Of a stretch of DNA of 48,867 bases, positions 7,986 through 16,555 are shown piece after piece (positions within the stretch are counted from its first letter, which is position 1; each line of letters opens with the position of its first letter). The DNA is from an uncultured Bacteroides sp. (GTDB taxonomy: Bacteria > Bacteroidota > Bacteroidia > Bacteroidales > Muribaculaceae): assembly GCA_964531905.1 (NCBI GenBank), contig CAZHHF010000001.1:1-48867 (forward strand), given 5' to 3'. The position numbers were made by a program, and so were the translations under genes. A model generated the notes under the pieces. It saw only the letters and a list, made by a program, of their open reading frames with translations. It did not search any database and was not told where the DNA came from.

Positions 7986-9668
7986 TTATACTTCATCGGG
8001 CATAGCAACGAGTTTACCGGTAGCGCGTACGGTAGGCATCGGTGCATTCCATCCACGGAGTTTATCTCCGAGTTCCTTTGCCATATTTTTTACCATTTCA
8101 GGGTGTTTCGAAGCAATGTTGTTGTGTTCTCCGAGATCATCTTTAAGGTTATATAGCTCAAGTTCGCCGGTGTGCATTCGATAAACGAGCTTATAATCTC
8201 CGCGACGCAGCGCACTCATGAAGTCGATATCGTCCTGATCCTCGAAACGGAGCTGGTGGGGATAATGGAATACGAGCGGACGAGTAGCATCAAGACCGGA
8301 AACCTCAATAGGTATCTCAAATGCATTTGCTTCTTTCTGATTGTTTATTTTTCCGTTTTTCTTTGCTTCAGCCACGTATTGAGAACCATCGGTGATGAGT
8401 TTTACGATTGAGTTTCCGTCGCGTGTCTGTACAGTCTGTGGATTTTCAACTCCTGCAAGTTCGCAGAAAGTAGGGAATAAGTCTTCGGTAACGACCGGAG
8501 TGTTGATTCGGGTATCGGGTGCGACTTTTCCAGGCCAGCAAACCATCATCGGGACGCGGATACCTCCTTCATAGACCGATCCTTTTCCTTCGCGCAGAGG
8601 AAGAGCCTGTGTGTGCAGTTCGCCACCTTTTTCACCTCCGACGCTGTGGGGACCGTTATCGCTGTAGAAGATGATGATAGTGTTGTCGGCGATACCTTTT
8701 TCTTCAACGAAGTCGAGTACTTCGCCGAGACTCTTATCCATTCCTTCGACCATAGAAGCATAACGTGCTTCTCCTTCATCGTAGCCTGCGTCAATATATT
8801 TCTGATAGAAACGCACGTCGCGCTGTATCGGAGTATGGTTGGTGTAATGAGCGAAATAGAGGAAGAACGGTATGTTTTGTTTTATTGGATGTTCAAGCGT
8901 TTTCAATGCTTCGCGAGTGATTGCATCGGTCAGATGCACGCCACTTGCATAATATTGCGACATGTTCTGTACTGATCCGTAGTCACCTTGACCAGGGAGA
9001 TTGCCGAAGTTGTCCTCGGGCTGATAGCTTTTCGGGTGTCCGTTCTGCGCACCGGCGATGTTGACAACGAATCCCATATTGTAGGGATTGCTTCCCGGAG
9101 TTCCCGCAGGCGCCCAGTGAGCTTTGCCGACGTGGATCGTGTGATAACCTGAATCACGTAGCAACTGAGGCATCGGAGTGGCATAGAGTGTGTTGTTGAG
9201 ACCATAAGTCTTGCGGTCTTCCTCATTGTCGAACTGTGCAGGGCAGAGAGCGTTGTAGTTCCATTTCGGGTGAGCGAAGATGTCATCGAGATTCTCGTTG
9301 GTGGCACCCGGATGTCCGCCGATAGCATCGGGAACGATATCTTTGTAGAGTGAACTGAACGAGGTGATACCCATGTGTGCCGAGTTCATTCCGGTCATAA
9401 GGCATGTACGTGTAGGAGTTGAAAGTGAACATGCGTATGCGTTGGTGAGCATGACACCTTTTTTGGCAAGGCGTTCCATGTTGGGAGTGTGGAACATTTT
9501 GTTGCGCGGGTAGGTCTCTTCACCGAACGGGAGTGAGGTTTCTGTCCAACCGTAGTCATCTACGAGGAAAAAGATGATATTTGGCCGTTGCTGTTGCGCA
9601 TAGGCTTGCATAGTCATTGCGAGCGGAGCTGCCAATGCTATATTCCGGAATGTATTCTGTAGTTTCAT
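7986..9668 (-). CDS. Sulfatase-family enzyme (alkaline-phosphatase superfamily), Ser-type formylglycine motif
   Basis: 560 aa with signal peptide ending AYAQQ. N-terminal metal-binding block NIIFFLVDDYGW. The active-site signature LSTPTRTCLMTGM aligns to (C/S)xPxR...LxTG with Ser at the modified position. Also present: HVGKAHW and IIFYSDNGP blocks. Confidence 0.8.
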   Translation of the reverse strand: MKLQNTFRNIALAAPLAMTMQAYAQQQRPNIIFFLVDDYGWTETSLPFGEETYPRNKMFHTPNMERLAKKGVMLTNAYACSLSTPTRTCLMTGMNSAHMGITSFSSLYKDIVPDAIGGHPGATNENLDDIFAHPKWNYNALCPAQFDNEEDRKTYGLNNTLYATPMPQLLRDSGYHTIHVGKAHWAPAGTPGSNPYNMGFVVNIAGAQNGHPKSYQPEDNFGNLPGQGDYGSVQNMSQYYASGVHLTDAITREALKTLEHPIKQNIPFFLYFAHYTNHTPIQRDVRFYQKYIDAGYDEGEARYASMVEGMDKSLGEVLDFVEEKGIADNTIIIFYSDNGPHSVGGEKGGELHTQALPLREGKGSVYEGGIRVPMMVCWPGKVAPDTRINTPVVTEDLFPTFCELAGVENPQTVQTRDGNSIVKLITDGSQYVAEAKKNGKINNQKEANAFEIPIEVSGLDATRPLVFHYPHQLRFEDQDDIDFMSALRRGDYKLVYRMHTGELELYNLKDDLGEHNNIASKHPEMVKNMAKELGDKLRGWNAPMPTVRATGKLVAMPDEV

Positions 9669-9701
9669 GATCGGTTTGTTAAAAAGTGGTTATGTTATTT
9701 T

Positions 9702-11138
9702 TCAAAGGGGCCAGTTATCAGTTCTGAATGGTGATGCAGGGATCCCTTCGGTGTTATAAAGATTTACGCGGAAGAACGTATCGAAACCGTAGCGCACGGC
9801 CTGAGGATTTTTTACTTTCGGTGAACTTACGATAACGCTGTTCCCTTTTATCACGGCTTTGGCCGGATAGAACTTTCGGTCAGCCCCGGCAATATAAAAT
9901 CCGGTGAGCGATTTTTTATTTGGTGTCATCAAACCGTTGTCGGCATAATCAAATTGAATTACCATCTTGTTGCCGTCGGTTTCGGCACTTCGGTAAATCG
10001 GTCCGCAGCATGCGATATCTTTACCATATTGCTTGTTCAGCGCCCAGCGGGCGAGACGCTCTCCGGGGATTACTTTATTACGAGGATGTATATCGAGTGA
10101 ATCACCGGCATCAGTTATGACAGCCATGCCAATATTCTGTATGCCGCTTTTGAATGTTTTCAGCTGAGCTTCGCGGATTCCTGCCGACTGTCGGTGGAAC
10201 GGTGCGATCTGGACGAAGTAGAACGGCATGTCGGGCTGTTTCCACTCCTTGCGCCAGCTGTTGATCAGCGTTGTGAATACTTTTTGATATTTGCTGTTGC
10301 GCATGTCGTTGGCCTCGCCCTGATACCAGATGTTTCCTGCTATCGTATAGCCGAGAATCGGGTTGAGCATACCGTTCCATAGTGTTGCAGGAACTTTGTA
10401 GGGTTTCTTGGAGGTTTCTACTTTATCGAGACCGAATTCATCGTAAACATCCTGATAGAACGGATCATTCTTCATAAGATCTTCTTTCATCCACGATTCT
10501 GCGTGGGTGTCGCCGTATGCCGACAGAATAAGACCAACTGGAATATTGAGTTCATTGAACAGTTTGCGTCCGAATACGAAACCTACTGCTGAGAAGTCAA
10601 ATGCTGTTTCCGGTGTACATTGTACCCAGCGTCCGACGCAATCGTATCGTTCTTCAAGTGGCGATTCGCAGTAGCCTACAGTGAACAGGCGTATGTCGGG
10701 ATAATCGGCATCTTTCATCTGTTCATCAAGATCTATCATTCCGGTCTGCCATTTGAAATTATGCGGGTGAGGTCCAACAGGGAAGAGCATGTTGCTCTGA
10801 CCGGTACATAACCAGACTTCCCCTATGAGAATATTGCTGATATTTATGCGGTTGTTGTGACCCTGCACCGACATGGACTGGTTTTTAAGCGTAGCGGGTG
10901 GTGTAGTGACCGTCGTTGACCAATTACCGTCGGCCTGAGCTATAACGGTATATGTTTCGTTTGTCCATGATGGCGATATACTTACATATTCGCCGGGATC
11001 AGCCTTACCCCAGATACGTGCATCGGTATGTTGTTGCAGAACCATATTGTCGGATATGATTGCCGGGAGTGATACCCTTGCATTCACCGACATAAATGTC
11101 GAGATAACTGTCAGCAGGCTTATGAGGCTTTTATTCAT
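9702..11138 (-). CDS. SASA-family carbohydrate O-acyl esterase (sialate O-acetylesterase-like)
   Basis: 478 aa with a signal peptide. Catalytic block IGEVWLCTGQSNMLFPVG. Conserved blocks: IWYQGEAN, PFYFVQIAPF, AVITDAGDSLDIHPRNK. It is a paralog of the 11255-12697 gene. Confidence 0.75.
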   Translation of the reverse strand: MNKSLISLLTVISTFMSVNARVSLPAIISDNMVLQQHTDARIWGKADPGEYVSISPSWTNETYTVIAQADGNWSTTVTTPPATLKNQSMSVQGHNNRINISNILIGEVWLCTGQSNMLFPVGPHPHNFKWQTGMIDLDEQMKDADYPDIRLFTVGYCESPLEERYDCVGRWVQCTPETAFDFSAVGFVFGRKLFNELNIPVGLILSAYGDTHAESWMKEDLMKNDPFYQDVYDEFGLDKVETSKKPYKVPATLWNGMLNPILGYTIAGNIWYQGEANDMRNSKYQKVFTTLINSWRKEWKQPDMPFYFVQIAPFHRQSAGIREAQLKTFKSGIQNIGMAVITDAGDSLDIHPRNKVIPGERLARWALNKQYGKDIACCGPIYRSAETDGNKMVIQFDYADNGLMTPNKKSLTGFYIAGADRKFYPAKAVIKGNSVIVSSPKVKNPQAVRYGFDTFFRVNLYNTEGIPASPFRTDNWPL

Positions 11139-11254
11139 TATCGCGGGTTGGTATTATAAGGTAATTAGTTCAACAAAGTAAGTTTATTTGTAATGTTATT
11201 AATGTAACTATTGTAACAAATGATAGCATTAATGTAACATTATCGGCTTATACA

Positions 11255-12697
11255 TCAGCGATTTGCCGAATTTAACTTTTTCAAAGGCTTATCCGTACGG
11301 AACGGTGATGCCGGTAAGCCAGCTCCGTTGGAGAGGTTTATTCGCGGAAAGTTGGAGAATCCGTATCTCACGGCAGTGGGTTCTGTTACATCGGGTGAGT
11401 ATAGGATTACTTTGTCTTTGACTATTTCGGCGATGGCAGGATAGAATTTCCGGTCGTTGCCGGCGATATAAAATCCTGTTACCGGTTTTCCGTCATAGGT
11501 TCTGAGTCCTTTATCATGGCGGAATTCTACTATTGCTTTACCGTTACGATAGCTTACATTTTTTACTATCGGACCTGAGAACTCATTTTTTCGTCCGTAG
11601 GTGTTATTGAGAGCTATCAGCGCAAGGCGTTCGCCGGGTGCAACTTTGTTGCGCGGGTGTATATCGAGCGAGTCGCCGGCATCGGTGATAACTGCCATAC
11701 CCACATTGCCGATTCCTGATTCAAGCACTTCGAGCTGCGCTTCGCGGATATACGGTGAACGGTCGCGGAACGGTGCTATCTGCACATAGTAGAAAGGCAT
11801 ATCGGGATGTTTACGATCGGCTCTCCATGAATTTATAAGAGTTTTCATCATGGCCGCATAATTGTATGCGTTCACATTGTTCCCTTCACCCTGATACCAT
11901 ATTGTTCCCGTCACATCATAGCGGTTGATCGGGTTTATCATTCCGTTCCACAGGCCGCCCGAAGTGCGGTGGGCTGTTTTTGGAGTAACAACCTCGGGAG
12001 CGTATTTCCGCTTCATGAAATTGTACATCGTATCTGTCTGCAATTCGGGATTTATCCATGATTCAATAGAAGTTGCTCCAACAGCCGACTGTATAAGTCC
12101 AACCGGAACTTTCAGCTCTTTGTGGAGACGGTGTCCGAATATGAATCCAACGGCAGAGAAATCGTAGACTGTCTCCGGTGTGGCTTTCACCCAGCGACCT
12201 GAAAAGTTCTCGAGTTTACGGTCGACCGAGATTGCATAGTCGACGGTGAACAGTCGCAGTTCGGGAAAAGTGGCGTCGGCAAGCTGTTCTTTGGCATCGA
12301 TCATACCGGTTTGCCATACAAGTGTATCAGTGTGATCGCCTACGGGAAAGACCATATTGCTCTGACCTGTGCATAACCATACTTCACCTATCAGAACATC
12401 GTTGACTCTAACCGTATCACCGTCGATGAAGTCGATATGATGTGTAATGTTCGAAGGTTTGCCTGTTGGAATCCGTGTTTCCCAGTTTCCGGCAGCGTCA
12501 GCAGTGGCGACTATGCTTTTATTAGTCCATGACGGCTTGATTCTTACTTGTTGGTTCGGTGCTGTTCGGCCCCAGAGACGTGCGCCGTCATTGCTGCGCA
12601 GTACCATGCCGTCGGAAATAAGAGCCGGCAGAGTCACCCGGCCCCAGGCGGGACAGAGCAACATAGCCATTATGGATGCGATGATTATGCGTTTCAT
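11255..12697 (-). CDS. SASA-family carbohydrate O-acyl esterase (sialate O-acetylesterase-like), second copy
   Basis: 480 aa with a signal peptide. IGEVWLCTGQSNMVFPVG, IWYQGEGN, PFYYVQIAPF, AVITDAGDSLDIHPRNK. Confidence 0.75.
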   Translation of the reverse strand: MKRIIIASIMAMLLCPAWGRVTLPALISDGMVLRSNDGARLWGRTAPNQQVRIKPSWTNKSIVATADAAGNWETRIPTGKPSNITHHIDFIDGDTVRVNDVLIGEVWLCTGQSNMVFPVGDHTDTLVWQTGMIDAKEQLADATFPELRLFTVDYAISVDRKLENFSGRWVKATPETVYDFSAVGFIFGHRLHKELKVPVGLIQSAVGATSIESWINPELQTDTMYNFMKRKYAPEVVTPKTAHRTSGGLWNGMINPINRYDVTGTIWYQGEGNNVNAYNYAAMMKTLINSWRADRKHPDMPFYYVQIAPFRDRSPYIREAQLEVLESGIGNVGMAVITDAGDSLDIHPRNKVAPGERLALIALNNTYGRKNEFSGPIVKNVSYRNGKAIVEFRHDKGLRTYDGKPVTGFYIAGNDRKFYPAIAEIVKDKVILYSPDVTEPTAVRYGFSNFPRINLSNGAGLPASPFRTDKPLKKLNSANR

Positions 12698-12708
12698 TAT
12701 TTATAGAT

Positions 12709-13971
12709 TCAGTTACAATAATATGGACCGTTGACGGTTTTCACGGTGTAGGAATCGTTGGTGTCGTCAAGCGAATAAACATAGAATTCTTTTCCCCCCG
12801 GAACAACGCGGATTACTATATGACCTTCCTTTGCAGGCATTTTATTGGTGTTGGGATATGCCACATATTTGGTTGCCTTGTGGAAATTTGTAGAATATAC
12901 ATCCTTGATCTTGCCGGGATAGGCTTTCACTTTCGACTGTATGCGGCGCAGAACCTCAATGTCGGGTTGTTGAGCTTTGGCATTGTGTACCACGATTACT
13001 TGCGGTCGGAGACCTTTAAGGATGTCAACGCCCATCGCATCGTAGTTCATGTGATGATTACTCTTCATTGCCTCGACAGGTCCTGCCACGGCGCCTACAG
13101 GAAGTTCGATGTTTTGCCAATCGTGAGTGGTTACCGAAGGAAGGTCACCGCCGGTGAAGTAATCAAACGGTCCGTAAGATACGCGGAATGCGATAGAACA
13201 TTCGTTTTCATCGGGCCAGTCCGACTTGTTGGGCAGATATTTCGTGGGAATAAAATGATCGCGTGTCACATCGGCTACGCCTGTCCATACAACTCCGTTG
13301 GCTGCAATGTTGCGTACTTCAAATTCGGGATACTTTTCAGGATTGTGTGTAAGTACGATCTGATCGTTCTTGCCCACGTTGAAGCACTCGATCTCGGTTC
13401 CTTTGTTCTCCTTATGCCATTTGATGAAGTTAAGATAGTTGGGGAACGCGAGGCTCACAGGTTCAATAGGGAGTTTATAATCGGGCCACGCTCTGTCGAT
13501 GACTTTTTTGAACGGAATAGTTTCACCTACGCCTGCCAGTCCGGTCAGTTTGTAGGCTCCTGTTTTCGATTCGGGCATACCCTCATAGACATCTCCCATG
13601 TGATCCATGTGGAAGTGAGTCAGGAGCATATAGTCGAGTTCACGGTTACCTGTTCCTTCGAGAAAATGCTGAATATACTTTGTGTATGTTTCGTAAGGAG
13701 CTGTTTTGGCATCAGGTTTCGGATCCACAAGATTCGGGCCTTTACTTTTCGACTCTCCGGCGTCGACAAGCATGGTTGTCCCGTCGGGGAAAATCATGAA
13801 CGTACATTCGCCTCGACCGGTGTTCACTGCATGAATGTCGAGGTAACCGTCGGTCCAGGAAGGTAACGGTTTCCCCACTTCGGCTTTCTGAGCCGAAGCG
13901 CAGAGTACGGCAGTTGTTGCGATGGCTACAGTGATTATGCTTTTAGCGAATTTCATAATGCAGTCGATCAT
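12709..13971 (-). CDS. Secreted metallo-beta-lactamase-fold hydrolase
   Basis: 420 aa with the HxHxDH motif LLTHFHMDHMGD. The ATG at 13971 overlaps the upstream stop (ATGA). An in-frame ATG at 13956 gives a cleaner signal peptide (MKFAKSIITVAIATTAVLCASAQ) and may be the true start. Confidence 0.75.
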   Translation of the reverse strand: MIDCIMKFAKSIITVAIATTAVLCASAQKAEVGKPLPSWTDGYLDIHAVNTGRGECTFMIFPDGTTMLVDAGESKSKGPNLVDPKPDAKTAPYETYTKYIQHFLEGTGNRELDYMLLTHFHMDHMGDVYEGMPESKTGAYKLTGLAGVGETIPFKKVIDRAWPDYKLPIEPVSLAFPNYLNFIKWHKENKGTEIECFNVGKNDQIVLTHNPEKYPEFEVRNIAANGVVWTGVADVTRDHFIPTKYLPNKSDWPDENECSIAFRVSYGPFDYFTGGDLPSVTTHDWQNIELPVGAVAGPVEAMKSNHHMNYDAMGVDILKGLRPQVIVVHNAKAQQPDIEVLRRIQSKVKAYPGKIKDVYSTNFHKATKYVAYPNTNKMPAKEGHIVIRVVPGGKEFYVYSLDDTNDSYTVKTVNGPYYCN

Positions 13972-15341
13972 TCAATAATAGCGTTCTGATTTTTAAGTTC
14001 GGCTTGTAATGCGGCTACATTTACTTCGCGTGGAGTGGTATTGTTGATGGCAGCCATAGCCGCAGCGATTCCGGCTGCATGTCCGGTCGCGCCACAAGTG
14101 GCACCTACGCGGATTGTACCAAGTGCTTCGCGTTCGGTTGAAATGCAACGTCCGGCAACGAGCAGATTGTCGATTTTTTTCGGAACGAGACTACGGTACG
14201 GGATAGGATAGGGGAGAGGTACATACATATCGTGCGCCCCGTTCTGTCCTTTTGGCGGGTGAATATCGATAGGCCATACTCCGAGTGCGATCGAATCCTC
14301 TATTTTGCCTGGATTAACTATATCTTCACGTGTCATCACGTATTCACCTGCCAGACGGCGGGTTTCACGGATGCCGATGGTTGGTGACGTTGTCATGATC
14401 CAACTATTTTCGAAGCCTTTACAGTGAGTGCGGTAGTAATCGGCGATAGTGTGTGCATCGCGTCGCGCTTCGATTTCAGCGTCGGTCAGTTCGCGTGCGT
14501 TCACTGCTGAACCGTAGACGCGGGTTGTGTTCACCCACGGGAAATTCCGTCGAAGACCACCGAACCACGGACCGCCGAAGAATGGGAGTTCTCCATCCTC
14601 GTAGGCTTTTGCGAGAACGGGATTGTTGATGTCGATACCGATGTCACGGCGACGGCTCGAGTATGCCAAACCTTCTTTTCCGAGGTATCCTGGTTCCGGT
14701 CCGAACGGGATGATAAGTTCCTCTTCGAATGGAATTGGGCCTGAAGGTTCAACTTCAGCAATGAAGAATGGCAATGTCATAGGCTGGAGTTCATCGGAGA
14801 TGTTGAACTCGGCTCCTGCGCGTGCCATAACGTCGCCGTTGCCGGTACAGTCAACGACCACTTTGGCCATTATTGCTTTACGTCCGTCAACATTCTCGAT
14901 TATTACTCCTTTCACTTTGTTGTCCTCAACGATAGCATCGGCAACCCATGTGTGGAGCAGGCATTTGATACCGTATTTTTCGAGCAGACGGTCAGCGGCA
15001 AGTTTCATTATCTCGGGGTCGGAACTGAGAACCCATGAACGGTTGTTCTCTACTCCGCCTTTCTCTTCGGCGAGCTTTATCCATTCCTCCATCACTCCGG
15101 CAACACAGCGGCGATAAGGACGGAGCCAGCTGTTGAAGCCTGCAAGGGTTATTACCATACCGTTGGTCCACATTCCACCGAATGATCCCATTGCTTCTAC
15201 AATCATAACGGTAGCCCCGGTTTTTGCTGCGCCTACCGCAGCTCCTATTCCGGCGGGACCACCTCCGATAACGAGTACGTCAACGTTCTCAATCACGTCG
15301 ATTTCTCGAGCTTTTTCAATATATTTATTATTGTTTTCCAT
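13968..15341 (-). CDS. FAD-dependent oxidoreductase (FAD_oxidored-like), no signal peptide
   Basis: 457 aa. Rossmann dinucleotide motif DVLVIGGGPAGIGAAVGAAKTG near the N-terminus. The N-terminus MENNNKYIEKAREID is hydrophilic, so the protein is presumably cytoplasmic. Confidence 0.7.
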   Translation of the reverse strand: MENNNKYIEKAREIDVIENVDVLVIGGGPAGIGAAVGAAKTGATVMIVEAMGSFGGMWTNGMVITLAGFNSWLRPYRRCVAGVMEEWIKLAEEKGGVENNRSWVLSSDPEIMKLAADRLLEKYGIKCLLHTWVADAIVEDNKVKGVIIENVDGRKAIMAKVVVDCTGNGDVMARAGAEFNISDELQPMTLPFFIAEVEPSGPIPFEEELIIPFGPEPGYLGKEGLAYSSRRRDIGIDINNPVLAKAYEDGELPFFGGPWFGGLRRNFPWVNTTRVYGSAVNARELTDAEIEARRDAHTIADYYRTHCKGFENSWIMTTSPTIGIRETRRLAGEYVMTREDIVNPGKIEDSIALGVWPIDIHPPKGQNGAHDMYVPLPYPIPYRSLVPKKIDNLLVAGRCISTEREALGTIRVGATCGATGHAAGIAAAMAAINNTTPREVNVAALQAELKNQNAIIE

Positions 15342-15365
15342 TGTTGTGATAAGTTTTGATCAGTG

Positions 15366-16493
15366 TTAATATTTAATCAGTTTCAATCGCAGATTCTTTA
15401 CTGTCGCTTTGTCGCCGGCAGCAGCGATAGAGAACTGTGGAATTTCATTGTAAATTACTACCTGATGTTTCCCTTTTGGAGCATCGGTGTTTTTGAACGT
15501 CTGTTTTCCAAGTGTTATTTCGGCGTCTCCTTCAATGTCGAAGTCGAGGTAGAGTCCCCCGAAATAAACCGGTTCATTATATTGACCCAGTACCAGACGG
15601 GAGCCGGGGGTAATTTCCAGATCGGATATCTGCATCAGTATCTCGCCTTCGCTGTCGTTGTCGGGGGCGAGAAAGTCGGTTGACACAACGTCGATTCCGT
15701 TGCGGTTTATCAGGTTGAACTGCGGGAATTTATCGCTGTGTGATTCGGTGAGAAGATTATGTTGTCGCGATAACGCGACGTTTTCAGTGTATTTATCGGG
15801 TGTGAAACGTGTTGTGCTGATAGCCATGATCACGTTTCCAAGCCGGTTGATCCGGTCAAATGTCGTTTGATATAGGATACCCATCAACGGAACATCCTTG
15901 ATTGCGAGAGAATCTCGGATGATATCATTTGCATCGTTATTTGAAGTGACGATGTAGTTTCCGCGGCCTAATATCGCATCGGCTTCTTTTATTATGCCCT
16001 GCAGGAAGCTTTCCATTTTGGCTTCCTCAACTTTTTTAGGCTCGATGAAAACAATCAGCCCGTTGCGTCGACATTCAAGCAGATATTCATGAAGAGAGGG
16101 TATTTTTGATTGATTTTCAGGAGCATCGGCCTTGAGCTTATAATTGCTCTGCAACTCTTTCCATGTAAGATCGGCAACCGGGATAGGTTCGCTGATTTTC
16201 TGCCCGTCGGCTGTAAGACATGTTCGTTTCAGAGTAGCATCGTGCATTACAACTAATGAATCGTCGGCCGACAGACGCACATCGGTTTCAATCGCATCGA
16301 ATCCGGCACGTTTGGCAAGGCGGATAGCTTCAATGGAATTCTCTCCGGCTATAGTCGATTTCAGGTCAACTCCACGGTGGGCGATAAAAATGCGTTTACC
16401 GCTGATGGAATCGAGCAGTGACGAAGCCATAGCGGAATTGCAGCAGAGAGAGATCAGAAGCAGTTTTGCAAAAAACGATGTGATGCGGTTCAT
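15366..16493 (-). CDS. Secreted glycerophosphodiester phosphodiesterase (GDPD) with an extra C-terminal domain
   Basis: 375 aa with signal peptide MNRITSFFAKLLLISLCCNSAMA. GDPD blocks IAHRG, ENSIEAI, GFDAIETDVRLSADDSLVVMHD, collinear with GlpQ/UgpQ. About 110 additional residues follow the catalytic barrel. Confidence 0.8.
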   Translation of the reverse strand: MNRITSFFAKLLLISLCCNSAMASSLLDSISGKRIFIAHRGVDLKSTIAGENSIEAIRLAKRAGFDAIETDVRLSADDSLVVMHDATLKRTCLTADGQKISEPIPVADLTWKELQSNYKLKADAPENQSKIPSLHEYLLECRRNGLIVFIEPKKVEEAKMESFLQGIIKEADAILGRGNYIVTSNNDANDIIRDSLAIKDVPLMGILYQTTFDRINRLGNVIMAISTTRFTPDKYTENVALSRQHNLLTESHSDKFPQFNLINRNGIDVVSTDFLAPDNDSEGEILMQISDLEITPGSRLVLGQYNEPVYFGGLYLDFDIEGDAEITLGKQTFKNTDAPKGKHQVVIYNEIPQFSIAAAGDKATVKNLRLKLIKY

Positions 16494-16508
16494 TAGATTG
16501 GAAGTTAG

Positions 16509-16543
16509 TCATCACACCCGGAAAATCTTACCGGGTGTGATGA
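16509..16543 (-). promoter_or_regulatory. Intercistronic stem-loop between SusD and the GDPD gene
   Basis: Perfect 13-bp inverted repeat TCATCACACCCGG (16509-16521) / CCGGGTGTGATGA (16531-16543) with a 9-nt loop. It lies in the 62-nt gap after the SusD stop. There is no T-tract on the minus strand, so it is not a canonical terminator. Confidence 0.5.
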
Positions 16544-16555
16544 TATGGTAGTGAA

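Noticed and set aside
12820-13866. 348-aa plus-strand ORF, the longest unexplained ORF in the track
   Set aside because: It lies entirely antisense to the MBL-fold gene, whose minus-strand product has a signal peptide and an HxHxDH motif. The plus-strand product is Cys/Phe/Arg/His-rich with no recognisable motif, signal or upstream promoter-like sequence. This is a typical shadow ORF.
14623-15117. 164-aa plus-strand ORF antisense to the FAD oxidoreductase
   Set aside because: The composition is Ser/Pro-rich and low-complexity, typical of the antisense frame of a real gene. The minus-strand frame carries the GxGxxG motif.
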